Of a stretch of DNA of 64,000 nucleotides, positions 11,101-19,938 are shown piece after piece. A program made the translations under genes and the position numbers. The DNA lies in the IMG/VR virus record IMGVR_UViG_3300043395_000996, positions 96,001-160,000 of that record, one strand, 5' to 3'. How positions within the stretch are numbered: position 1 is the first letter of the stretch; every line of letters begins with the position of its first letter. The notes beneath the pieces are model-generated. The model was not told the origin of the DNA. It made no database searches and saw only the letters and a list, made by a program, of their open reading frames with translations. The stretch is from a virus.

Positions 11101-11429
11101 GTGTAAATATTTGTCCAAGGTGAAGATGTAGTACCTATATCAATTGTTCCATTAGGTACTAAATTTGTTGTAAATTGTCCTAATGCTTGAATATTATCAG
11201 CAGTTGCGTTACCTAAATAAATGTTACCACCTATTCTCACATCACCCGATGCCGATATATTACCCTGTAAATTGATATCACCATATGCGGGTGCATTTAT
11301 TGGTAATAGACTATATACTTCCGAACCACTACCAAATTGAATTGCTCCTGAACTATAATTTAAATATAATTCGGCTTCTTGTAGTGATACTTCCGTTGAA
11401 CCTCGTCTTAATTGAACTATTGCTGCCAT
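8133..11429 (-). CDS. Long tail fibre-like protein with coiled-coil repeats and C-terminal peptidase S74 domain
   Basis: N-terminal VQLRRGS; repeated TASNHE.RID units; C-terminal TSDERLKENI...GVIAQEIE. Confidence 0.8.
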   Translation of the reverse strand: MAAIVQLRRGSTEVSLQEAELYLNYSSGAIQFGSGSEVYSLLPINAPAYGDINLQGNISASGDVRIGGNIYLGNATADNIQALGQFTTNLVPNGTIDIGTTSSPWTNIYTTNISASSIIGSFSGSIIGFGNVTQFSASVDGRLDSLETFQNSEESKNTTLASYTSSVNANLTELYSTASNHENRIDVLEDKQTTLGNYTSSIDSKFTTLGSYTSSVDIHISSINVFSASEESKNSTLASYTSSINDKFVAVQSSTSSLNAYTASNNLNVAELFWTASNHEGRIDSIEEYTSSLKTAIDVTDGNTTIKGNLTVVGTTTAVQSSTLNVADKNIRIASGSTSSATSDGAGVTIDGANVTLVWSDTNQRIELNKNLGIEGSISSSTIVGLNGASVNAYSWSVDDRLKHLQDVSQSHDARLLSLETETGSLESRATTLSIVTASLNTFTASAEGRLNNIEQFSASQEGKDSVLETYTSSIDAKFDEVEAATSSLNSYTASNTFYRNQLFDTASDHESRIDILEAKQDTILIVTSSLMSTTASLYWTASNHEDRIDVLESKQNTLETYTASIDSKFSVLQTTTASLMNATASFNTWTGSVYNPFSSSVDSRLDELEYTTSINLGSGAQISFAALQAYTASQNIKHDNLAIYTASVNADLSALHAYTQSLSSIYEEKASATHTLVSGSSQIVDILSSLNSYTNSLDNAIELTGSTVSFLGDIVVYGTQSIINSENLAINDNLIYLNEGSTITNPDLGVVGNYNDGTYGHTGIFRDASDNGTWKVFKGYTLEPSGTIDTSHASFTLADFRAATITGDTIVGSIAATNGVISSSAQINSIFEEKASATHTLVSSSVQILGGTGIVSGSSQISYIGLSNIPNGIVSGSSQIIPLLPTGVVSGSSQLTTEFDARYLNTLGEGIVSSSSQINLGSAAGNITLATQTTGDYVASLVAGTGITITNNSGENATPTIAIGQAVATSSNVQFASIGVGTAASGIAGEIIATGDIVAFSTSDERLKENITPIPNALEKVNQISGNTYDWKEGFELIHSHAGNDIGVIAQEIEKVIPQAVIDRAAGYKAVNYEKIVPLLIEAIKELSAKIDRLENK

Positions 11430-11448
11430 CTAATACTTTTATGTTTCT

Positions 11449-11457
11449 TATAAATAT
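11449..11457 (-). promoter_or_regulatory. Putative late promoter box ATATTTATA
   Basis: Exact 9-mer, 19 nt upstream of the start. Confidence 0.6.
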
Positions 11458-11459
11458 GA

Positions 11460-12299
11460 TTAAATATTAAAATCTAAATCTCCACTATTAGAGATATATT
11501 TTGCTAAATGCATATAATTTGCCGTTATACTACCCGTTACTACGTTCATAACGTTTTCACCAATAGATAGATATGTATTTCCACCAACTTTTACATCAAA
11601 TGAAGATGTGGTTGCTATGGCTTGAGTATTGCCCGTTGAATCTTCTATGAAGTTTACAGTCCCTGCTGCTTCCGGGTCTAAATTAAAATCAAATGTATTT
11701 GGTCCGGGTGCAATTCCAACTTCATTTCCATTTACTACTAATGAACCCGTTATATCTACCGAACCTGTAAATTGATGTATATCATCTAATGTGTTACCAA
11801 TTTTAGAACTTCCACTTTCGTAAAATATAGATGAAGAAATTACCGATATATTAAATTGTCTGGCATTAACTTCTCCTAAAATGGTTACGTTACCATCCAC
11901 CGAAAGTGAACCCGTTATTTCCGCACTTGCCGATAAAGCAAAGTGATTATGAATTATATTGAGTGTATCATTTATTTGTAAACCACTACCACTAATATCA
12001 CCACCGGCATCTATATCGCCTATTGTAATGATATCTCTACCAACGAAAACATCTCTTTGTATGTTTGCATCTTGTGCTGCTGCTATTTCACCAAATGAAC
12101 CCGTTTGGGTTAGATAAATAGAACCAGTTGTAGTGGAATCGGTTGTTACGATTGATTGAACAGACTCAATTGAACCTGAGCGTTTAAAAAATATTTTACC
12201 GTCATAAGTGTTTACGGCAATTTCTCCTAAATTAATAGAGCTTGTATCCGGCACCTTACCTGGCTGCGCCGAACGCTTCAGTACAATTGTTTGAGACAT
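11460..12299 (-). CDS. Short fibre/baseplate-associated protein (Mtd_N/hyaluronidase-N-like start)
   Basis: IVLKRSAQPGKVPDTSSINLGEIAVNTYDGK; N-terminus paralogous to 12427..13044. Confidence 0.6.
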   Translation of the reverse strand: MSQTIVLKRSAQPGKVPDTSSINLGEIAVNTYDGKIFFKRSGSIESVQSIVTTDSTTTGSIYLTQTGSFGEIAAAQDANIQRDVFVGRDIITIGDIDAGGDISGSGLQINDTLNIIHNHFALSASAEITGSLSVDGNVTILGEVNARQFNISVISSSIFYESGSSKIGNTLDDIHQFTGSVDITGSLVVNGNEVGIAPGPNTFDFNLDPEAAGTVNFIEDSTGNTQAIATTSSFDVKVGGNTYLSIGENVMNVVTGSITANYMHLAKYISNSGDLDFNI

Positions 12300-12379
12300 A
12301 TCTAGTCTATTCTATTTAAATCGTTATAACAAAAAGAAAAGTAGTATATACTACCCTAATAAATATATATTTTTTAAAT

Positions 12380-12405
12380 AAAAAAACCCCACCGAAGTGG
12401 GGTTT
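12380..12405 (-). terminator. Rho-independent terminator with C(UUCG)G loop
   Basis: Minus strand AAACCCCAC-TTCG-GTGGGGTTT followed by a T run. Confidence 0.9.
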
Positions 12406-12426
12406 AGTTTTTTTACTTTTTAACGA

Positions 12427-13044
12427 TTAGAATGAACCGGCGTCTATCATTGCAAATTGTGCTGCTACTGAAGCACTAAATGCCATAATATCACCTATTC
12501 CATATAATTGAGTGCTTCCCGTTGTAAACGTTGCGAAAGCGGTATCATTATATCTAAATTCTACTGCGTCTTGAGTAGTTGCTACTTTGTATAAAGAGCC
12601 CGATGCTTGGATGTATCCAATTGTTCCTGCGAATGGTTCTGAATTAAAATCAAAATCATCCGGTCTCATTGATGCGGTAACGCCAGAAATATATCTACCA
12701 TCACCTACTAAAAACGATGCTGAAACAATTGATGCGGATACTGCTCCTTGTATATCTAAATCACCATTACCAACTATATCTCCCGATATATACGCATCAC
12801 CTCCAACGTTGATATCATTTGTGATGTTTAATTCACCAAATGAACCCGTTCCGGTCAATGTTATTGAACCGGTGGTGATGGAATTAGTTGATACTAATGT
12901 TTCAATCGATTCAGAGGAACCCGACTTATGTAGATATACCTTACCATCATAAACGTTTATACCAAGCTCTCCTACAAGCAATGAGCCAGTATCAGGAACT
13001 TTTCCTGCTATTAGCGACCTTCTATGTAATAAATTTTGAGCCAT
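12427..13044 (-). CDS. Short fibre-associated protein, paralog of 11460..12299
   Basis: LLHRRSLIAGKVPDTGSLLVGELGINVYDGK; DDFDFNSEPFAGT resembles NTFDFNLDPEAAGT in the paralog. Confidence 0.6.
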   Translation of the reverse strand: MAQNLLHRRSLIAGKVPDTGSLLVGELGINVYDGKVYLHKSGSSESIETLVSTNSITTGSITLTGTGSFGELNITNDINVGGDAYISGDIVGNGDLDIQGAVSASIVSASFLVGDGRYISGVTASMRPDDFDFNSEPFAGTIGYIQASGSLYKVATTQDAVEFRYNDTAFATFTTGSTQLYGIGDIMAFSASVAAQFAMIDAGSF

Positions 13045-13108
13045 TGATTTTATTGTTTTTGATGTTCATTAATAATTTTTAAAATTACCTTTTGGTAAAT
13101 CTCATACG

Positions 13109-15631
13109 TTAGAATGAACCTCCGTCAATTGTGTTACTCATTACAAAATCAGAACCATCCCATTGTAACAAATCTCCTGCAGTTGTTGGTGCTGCTACGA
13201 AATCAATGTTACCTGCTGCGTTTCTGAATGCTGCTCTCTTCGAAGTTCCGAAACCTGGTACATTTAATGAACCTGTTACGTCTGCTACGATATCAACTGA
13301 AGAACTGAATTGGTTGTTAGTACCATCATACTTAAATGATGCAGATGTACCAGCTACTTCGAATCCAGCACCATCCGCTGTTGCGTTTGAAGTAGAACCT
13401 GATGCTAATGTGATAAGTTTATCTTCAACAACTAATTGAGCAGTGTTCAATGTAGTAGTGTTACCTTGTACTATCAAGTCACCACCTACGATTACATCAC
13501 CAGAAGTTGTTACTTTAGCGAATGTTACTTCGTCAGATGTACCAACACCTTGTATATTTCCTGTTCCTTCTAATGTAGTTAATCTACTATCAGCCGAAGC
13601 AGTGAATGAATTTAATGATGATGTAGAAGCTTGAACTGCTGCAAATTTATCATTTACAGAACCTGTGTAAGTTGCTAAAGCTGAGTTTTTAGATTCTTGT
13701 GATGCAGTAAATGCGTTCAACGATGAAGTTGATGATTGAACTGCTGCAAATTTATCATTTACTGAACCTGTGTAAGATGCTAAAGTTGAGAATTTAGAAT
13801 CAACAGATGAAGTATAAGATGCTAAAGTTGAATTTTTAGATTCTTGTGAACCAGAGAATGATTCTAAAGATGATAATCTTGTATCAATGTTTGAACCATT
13901 ACCAATTGCTGCTTCAACACTATCTAATCTACTATCAACTGAAGTAGAATAAGAAGTAAATCCTGTTACAGATGATAAAGTTACTTGAGATGAACCACTA
14001 ATTACACCATCCGCATCTAATTTAGATTTGATTGTAGTGTTAATTGAAGAAGTAAATCCTTCGATTGAACTCAATCTACCATCTTGTGCTGATTGTGCAG
14101 AAGCGATTGAACCTGTTTCAGTTTCTAATGCCGATAATCTAGCATCTTGTGCTGATTGTGCAGAAGCGATTGAACCAGTCTCACTTTCTAATGCTGATAA
14201 TCTATTATCTTGTGCCGCTTGTGCAGTATCGTTTGAAGAAGAGTATGCTTCTAATGCAGAAACTCTACTTCCAATACCAGCTGCTCCACCAACAGAAGCT
14301 TCGATTGTATCGATTCTACTTTCGTGGTCAGATGCTGATGCAAATAATTCTGCATCTTTAGCTGCTAATGAAGAACTAAATGCAGTATATCCTGTTGTAG
14401 AAGAAATTGTAATTTGAGATGAACCTGAAACTACGTTATCTCCACCTGCTACTAATACTTTAGATTCTGCACCTTTAACACCAGCTTTCCAGTAGTCATT
14501 TGTTGAATCCCAAACGATTGAACCTGTTGCTGTGTTAGGAGCGGTAGCATCTTTAACCCATAATCCACCATTTGCTGCTCCACTTCCGTTCAATTCGATG
14601 ATGTTATCACCAATTTGAATAGTTGTTGAATCAACGATAGTTTGAGTACCAGATACAGTGAAGTTACCATTAACAGTTACGTTAGAACCACTAACAGTGA
14701 TTGCAGTTTCGATGTCTGATTGGAATGTTTCCAATGTATCGATTCTACCTTCGTGGTTAGAAGCAGTTGCATATAATTCAGTTAAATCTGCATCAACTGA
14801 AGCAGTGTAAGTACCTAATGTAGAGAACTTACTATTTACTGAACCTGTATAAGTTGCTAATGCTGAATCCTTTCCTTCTTGCGATGCAGAGAAAGTATTG
14901 ATTGCTGCGATGTGTGCATCAACCGAAGCGGTGTAAGTAGCTAAAGTTGAATCTTTACCTAATTGAGATGCAGAGAATGCGTTTACAGCGGATACATGTG
15001 CATCAATTGAAGCAGTGTATGTTGCTAAAGTTGAATCTTTAGATATTTGTGATGCAGAGAAAGTATTGATTGCCGAAATATGTGCATCAACACTTGCAGT
15101 ATAAGTTGCTAATGTAGCATCTTTACCCAATTGTGAACCAGAGAATGCTTCTAAAGAAGATAATCTAGCATCTTGTGCATCATTAGTAGTATCATTGGAT
15201 GCAGTATAAGAATTTAATAAGCTTACAGAGTTACCAATAGTTCCACTACCAATAGATGAACTCAATGCGTTGATTGAAGATGCAACTGAAGCGGAGAATG
15301 GTTGAATGTTACCTACTAAATTAATAGCTTCGTTACCATCTGTTCCTAATAAATATAAGGTTGAACTACCACTTGCGTAGTAAGGAACACCTTTAACCAT
15401 GCCATTATAAGTAGAGCCAGCAAACGTATTAGGTGCATTATCACCCATCAAGAAGCGGTTTACCGCTTGTACCTGACCATTTTCGTTTGCAGCAAATACT
15501 ATTGACGAGCCATTCGTTGTTGTAAGATTGGAAGAACCTGAAGCGATTACAATTTCACCTTTTTGTAAGGATGATGTTACCGCCGATAGGGCTTCCAAAC
15601 TACCACGTCTGTGTTTAATAATTTGTGCCAT
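13109..15631 (-). CDS. Tail fibre-like protein with long coiled-coil repeat region
   Basis: N-terminal IIKHRRGS; 28-aa and 21-aa repeats; ends IDGGSF, like the DAGSF end of 12427..13044. Confidence 0.7.
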   Translation of the reverse strand: MAQIIKHRRGSLEALSAVTSSLQKGEIVIASGSSNLTTTNGSSIVFAANENGQVQAVNRFLMGDNAPNTFAGSTYNGMVKGVPYYASGSSTLYLLGTDGNEAINLVGNIQPFSASVASSINALSSSIGSGTIGNSVSLLNSYTASNDTTNDAQDARLSSLEAFSGSQLGKDATLATYTASVDAHISAINTFSASQISKDSTLATYTASIDAHVSAVNAFSASQLGKDSTLATYTASVDAHIAAINTFSASQEGKDSALATYTGSVNSKFSTLGTYTASVDADLTELYATASNHEGRIDTLETFQSDIETAITVSGSNVTVNGNFTVSGTQTIVDSTTIQIGDNIIELNGSGAANGGLWVKDATAPNTATGSIVWDSTNDYWKAGVKGAESKVLVAGGDNVVSGSSQITISSTTGYTAFSSSLAAKDAELFASASDHESRIDTIEASVGGAAGIGSRVSALEAYSSSNDTAQAAQDNRLSALESETGSIASAQSAQDARLSALETETGSIASAQSAQDGRLSSIEGFTSSINTTIKSKLDADGVISGSSQVTLSSVTGFTSYSTSVDSRLDSVEAAIGNGSNIDTRLSSLESFSGSQESKNSTLASYTSSVDSKFSTLASYTGSVNDKFAAVQSSTSSLNAFTASQESKNSALATYTGSVNDKFAAVQASTSSLNSFTASADSRLTTLEGTGNIQGVGTSDEVTFAKVTTSGDVIVGGDLIVQGNTTTLNTAQLVVEDKLITLASGSTSNATADGAGFEVAGTSASFKYDGTNNQFSSSVDIVADVTGSLNVPGFGTSKRAAFRNAAGNIDFVAAPTTAGDLLQWDGSDFVMSNTIDGGSF
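14081..14200. repeat. 63-nt in-frame tandem repeat (21 aa)
   Basis: 14081-14113 is identical to 14144-14176. Confidence 0.85.
14850..15150. repeat. 84-nt in-frame tandem repeat (28 aa, four heptads), about 3.5 copies
   Basis: GATGCAGAGA at 14883, 14967 and 15051, with variant GAACCAGAGA at 15135. Confidence 0.85.
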
Positions 15632-15800
15632 ATTAATTGAATTAATTAATTGTTTTCGTTAAATAAAAATAATTTTTGATTTTCATTAAGTGAAATTCAG
15701 TAAAGTATAATTGATAGAAACCAATACTAACCTTCAACTAAATGTTTGATACTGATAAATATTAAAAAATGATAAGAATCATAACTTTCATTAAGAAAAA

Positions 15801-16430
15801 TTAAAATTCTCCCATATCAATATTAATATTCGATTGAGAAACATATACTTCGTTATCGGTTGCATATGTTAAATCAAGAGATGCAGTAAACATATTCAAT
15901 GATTCCGAATGTTGGTTCAATGGAATCAATATGTCTGCTATTTGTTCAGAGCCAGATACAATCGATGGTTTATCGGAAATACCATCAAACGAAATTTGGA
16001 TTGAGCTGGATACTAAAGTAGGTTTACCCACAACCCCATCGAATGAAATTTGTTGTGAGCCGGATACCAATGCAGGTTTGTTAGAAACTCCATCAAATGA
16101 AATTTGTTGTGAAGCTGAAACCAATGTCGGTAATCCTATAATATTTTCATAATTTACAGAAGTTGCGGCAATATCTCCAATTACTCTTGAGCCCGATATT
16201 TGACCCGATGTATCTGCCAGTACTATTTGAGCCGAAGATGATACAACTCCATCTGGCAAAACAGCCGCAACATTATTTGTAATAATTTGAACAATAGATG
16301 CGGAAAATGTAGTTTGTATCGATTGAGATACAATATCATTTACAGATGAACTAAAATCAGCACCTACATTTGCGGCTGTATTTAATTCCGAACCACTTTC
16401 TATTTGTTTTAATCTAATCAAATTTGCCAT
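15801..16430 (-). CDS. Ser-rich virion-associated hypothetical protein with 18-aa repeats
   Basis: MANLIRLKQI start; three QISFDG..KP..VS repeats; ends IDMGEF. Confidence 0.55.
   Translation of the reverse strand: MANLIRLKQIESGSELNTAANVGADFSSSVNDIVSQSIQTTFSASIVQIITNNVAAVLPDGVVSSSAQIVLADTSGQISGSRVIGDIAATSVNYENIIGLPTLVSASQQISFDGVSNKPALVSGSQQISFDGVVGKPTLVSSSIQISFDGISDKPSIVSGSEQIADILIPLNQHSESLNMFTASLDLTYATDNEVYVSQSNINIDMGEF
15945..16115. repeat. 54-nt in-frame tandem repeat (18 aa), about 3 copies
   Basis: CCATC anchors at 15982, 16036 and 16090. Confidence 0.8.
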
Positions 16431-16434
16431 TATC

Positions 16435-16443
16435 TATAAATAT
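16435..16443 (-). promoter_or_regulatory. Putative late promoter box ATATTTATA, only 4 nt from the start codon
   Basis: Exact 9-mer between the 16446 stop and the 16430 start. Confidence 0.45.
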
Positions 16444-16445
16444 TA

Positions 16446-19385
16446 TTAATGTAATCTTTCTATCGTAATAAAGTTATTATTATATCCCGGTCCCACCATC
16501 AATGTCATTCTCCAAAATCTTAAATTGGTTGTATCTCTTATATAATATACTGCCAAATCACCATCACCAGTGAATCCCCAAGATTGGCCACCTGGATATC
16601 CAAATGTCGTACTCATCGTAAATGATTTATCGGAATAATATGTGTAAGAACCATTATTATATGTTGTATGTGCCGAAGCCATTGCTGTAAAATTGGCTCC
16701 CGTTGTTCTTACTTCTAAACTTCTACCACCACTTGTTGTAAATCTAGCTTGTATATCATCCAATGTAATTGATACTCCTGCATTTACAAACCCACTTGCT
16801 TTCCACGCCAATTCACCACCTACTCCCGTTGGTGCTTTACTTAAATCTATGTAAACGCCTTTGGTATTACCATCAAAAATTCTTAATCTATCTCTATAAA
16901 CATCGGCAACTACACGAGTTGATAATGTTGTATTTGTTTGTGGAACACCGAATTCTATCTCACCACCTTCATCACCTCCAACTGTACCAAATCTAGTTAC
17001 CCCATTGAATGTATTTGTTCCTGTAAATGTATTGTTTAAAGAAGGAAGATTTGTATTTGTTTTTAATTCTACCGCTGTTAAAACTGGACCCGCTGCTTCT
17101 CCGTATTGAAAATTACCACCACTATTGGTTACCATTCTCATTGAATAGGTATAAGTTCCGGCAGCCGGTGTATCTATAACATTTAAACAATATGGTATGT
17201 TTTCGTTTTGTGCCGATGATTCAACTTGAATAATTTGACCAATTGCACTACTATCTCTATATATTTGTATTTGACACCATTGACCTGTTGATGATACTGG
17301 GTTTGCATCACCTGTAATCATAATTTGAACAGGATTTCCAGATGTTGTTATGCTTCCACTTATTATATTAGTATTAGTTGTACTCAATGTTTTTGATGCA
17401 CCTAATACTTGCACATAATTTACATTACCTTCTATGTTTAAAGAATTGAATGTTTCAGTTACTACTATTGTACAATAATCACTTATATCAGAACTGGCAT
17501 TGTGTCCTACACTATATGTATGCATTCCGATTTCAGTTGAACCCACATAATACAATGTTGGCATTACAAGATGTTGATTTGCAGCATTGAAGTAAAAACT
17601 ACCACTATCTACAATAATACCATCTCTATAAAGATATAATGTTTTAGTTGAATTGTTTGTTGATGAATATAATGTGAAATTAGCTTCTACTTTTACAGTC
17701 CCACCATTTCCGGTATATGAACCACTCCACGCAGTTGCAGATGTATAAGAAGCATTATCTAATATTTTTGTTGCACTATTTGCTAATACACTCAATGATG
17801 AACTGAATGCTTCTATATTATCTAATCTACTATCAACCGATTGTGAGAATGAAGTTAAAACACTACCGCTCAATGCATATCTGCTATCATATGATGCAGT
17901 TAATTGTGATGAACCACTAACAATACTTCTACCAGTTTTTTCAAATGATGAAGAAGCAATTGTAGTCGCTTGGTTATTTGTATTACCTACCCACAAATAT
18001 CCCGTTTGTAAATTAGGTAGAGTTGCAGGACCTGGATTTAATACCAAACCTTTACCACCATTTCCTTCTTTTACAATAACACCTAAAAATTGTTTTATTG
18101 AATTTGAACCCGATGGTGGATTTATACTCCAACCACCACCTTCTGCTACATATACTTGTTGGCCAGGTTGGTATCCGGTTAAATTAATTCCGCTAATATC
18201 TCCTAATAAAATTCCAACTCCCGTATTATTTGAATTTATGTTTGCACCAGCTATATAAGTAACTGGCATTTTGTTTGAGTCGGAGGCATCCGCAACATAA
18301 ACTTTTGGATTAGCTCCTTGTGAACCACTTACATATAAAGGTGTTCCTTTTTGAATTGTAAATGTTTCACCATTATATATAATATCATTTATTAGAGAAA
18401 CGGAACCAGATGATACGGCATTAATTCTAGTGTCAAAAGATGAACTATCGGTATTATATGATTGTGTAAATGAATTAAATGATGAAGTTGTTACTAAATA
18501 TGATAAACTTTGTTCGTTAGTTGCTGCAACTATTTCGGTATGAATCGATGCTGAAAATTCATTAAATGAGGATGTTTGCAATCTTCCGTTCATTCCGTTT
18601 GTAAATGCAACATTTAAAGCTGATTGCGATGAAGTAAATGAATTTAATTGAGTTAAATCTGTTGATTCTGAAACTATACCCGTTGGTATATTTGTTAAAT
18701 CATCGTAGGAAATGCTACCACTTAAAATTCCTCTACCAGTCGTTTCATAACTTCCACTAACAAATCCCAAATCGGTAATTTGAGTAGAAGAACTTATTGT
18801 GTTTGGTGAAACAACAACACTACCACTCAAAGTATATCTTTCATCATAAGAAGAAGTTAATTGCTCCGAACCACTTATTAATCCATTAAATGATTGCTCA
18901 TTCGTTGCTGCAATAATTCTTGCATCAAATGATGCAGAATCCGTATTATATGTTGTAGTTTGTAATCTTGCACTAATAGCATTTGTAAATGCCGTATTTA
19001 ATGTATTTTGAGAAGATGTAAATGAATTTAAATGCGATAAATCCGTAGATTGCGAAATCAATCCATTTGGTTTACCACTTATATTATCCCAAGTAGTTTG
19101 GGTTAATGAACCACTAATTACATATCTTTCGTCATAAGAAGAAGTTAATTGAGAGCTACCACTAATAGCCCCATTCAAAGATGTTAAATAAGAACCGGTT
19201 GCAGCTTCTAATGCGTTTAGACGTTGAATATCCAATGTGTTAATAGTATTTCTAACACCATCCGCAAGAACATCCAAAGTTATTCTTACAGTTTGCCCAT
19301 TATCAACACCGGCTACATATGTATTTAATGATGCGGATGTGATTGCATCTAATTCTGATATTTTTTTATAATGTCTTATTGCCAT
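16446..19385 (-). CDS. Large fibre/spike-like protein with Ser/Thr-rich stalk and C-terminal beta-sandwich domains
   Basis: SGSSQL repeats, a KGTPLYV...GQQVYV domain, and two LYRD/IYRD...TYS beta domains; no S74 domain. Confidence 0.6.
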   Translation of the reverse strand: MAIRHYKKISELDAITSASLNTYVAGVDNGQTVRITLDVLADGVRNTINTLDIQRLNALEAATGSYLTSLNGAISGSSQLTSSYDERYVISGSLTQTTWDNISGKPNGLISQSTDLSHLNSFTSSQNTLNTAFTNAISARLQTTTYNTDSASFDARIIAATNEQSFNGLISGSEQLTSSYDERYTLSGSVVVSPNTISSSTQITDLGFVSGSYETTGRGILSGSISYDDLTNIPTGIVSESTDLTQLNSFTSSQSALNVAFTNGMNGRLQTSSFNEFSASIHTEIVAATNEQSLSYLVTTSSFNSFTQSYNTDSSSFDTRINAVSSGSVSLINDIIYNGETFTIQKGTPLYVSGSQGANPKVYVADASDSNKMPVTYIAGANINSNNTGVGILLGDISGINLTGYQPGQQVYVAEGGGWSINPPSGSNSIKQFLGVIVKEGNGGKGLVLNPGPATLPNLQTGYLWVGNTNNQATTIASSSFEKTGRSIVSGSSQLTASYDSRYALSGSVLTSFSQSVDSRLDNIEAFSSSLSVLANSATKILDNASYTSATAWSGSYTGNGGTVKVEANFTLYSSTNNSTKTLYLYRDGIIVDSGSFYFNAANQHLVMPTLYYVGSTEIGMHTYSVGHNASSDISDYCTIVVTETFNSLNIEGNVNYVQVLGASKTLSTTNTNIISGSITTSGNPVQIMITGDANPVSSTGQWCQIQIYRDSSAIGQIIQVESSAQNENIPYCLNVIDTPAAGTYTYSMRMVTNSGGNFQYGEAAGPVLTAVELKTNTNLPSLNNTFTGTNTFNGVTRFGTVGGDEGGEIEFGVPQTNTTLSTRVVADVYRDRLRIFDGNTKGVYIDLSKAPTGVGGELAWKASGFVNAGVSITLDDIQARFTTSGGRSLEVRTTGANFTAMASAHTTYNNGSYTYYSDKSFTMSTTFGYPGGQSWGFTGDGDLAVYYIRDTTNLRFWRMTLMVGPGYNNNFITIERLH

Positions 19386-19386
19386 C

Positions 19387-19938
19387 TTATACTATTATTT
19401 CTTCTCCGTTTTCGGTTATTATATCTAATACGTTTTCCGTATCTAAATTTAAATATCTTAATTTACCTATAACATAAATATCATCTATTGTAACATTATC
19501 GTAATCTATGTACTCATCAAATAAAGTTACAATCACATTATTTCCAATATCTTCAACTTTATAGTTTCCAGGTATATGTAATCCAAATACTAAAACTTCG
19601 AAATTATTTGGAGATGCTCCTTCCGTACCATAATCAGTATTTAAATTGTATATTGTTAATGTATTTGCTTCGTTATCAAATTCATCAACTTTTACTTTAA
19701 TATACATTGCACTATGTTCCAATATTTCCTGATGAAATGCTGATATTGTGTTTTTGTTATTTACAGTCTTTATTGGATATGGATTTGATTTTGTTGCAGA
19801 ATTAAATTTAGTATTTGTTGGAATTTCTATATTACTTAAACTACCCGTTAAATCCAAATTGACAAGATTTTCTGGATTCACTTTAGCAGGAATCACTCTA
19901 TTTAATTTTCTTGCATTTGAATTAAATTGTTTAAGCAT
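19387..19938 (-). CDS. Hypothetical virion-associated protein
   Basis: 183-aa ORF coupled to its neighbours within the tail module. Confidence 0.5.
   Translation of the reverse strand: MLKQFNSNARKLNRVIPAKVNPENLVNLDLTGSLSNIEIPTNTKFNSATKSNPYPIKTVNNKNTISAFHQEILEHSAMYIKVKVDEFDNEANTLTIYNLNTDYGTEGASPNNFEVLVFGLHIPGNYKVEDIGNNVIVTLFDEYIDYDNVTIDDIYVIGKLRYLNLDTENVLDIITENGEEIIV

Noticed and set aside
7404-16115. CRISPR array
   Set aside because: The periodic repeats are coding and have no unique spacers or cas genes.
5637-19385. Diversity-generating retroelement (TR/VR) in the fibre genes
   Set aside because: The repeats are tandem, in-frame and differ at synonymous or mixed positions rather than adenine-only. 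No reverse transcriptase is in the window. A DGR elsewhere in the genome is not excluded.
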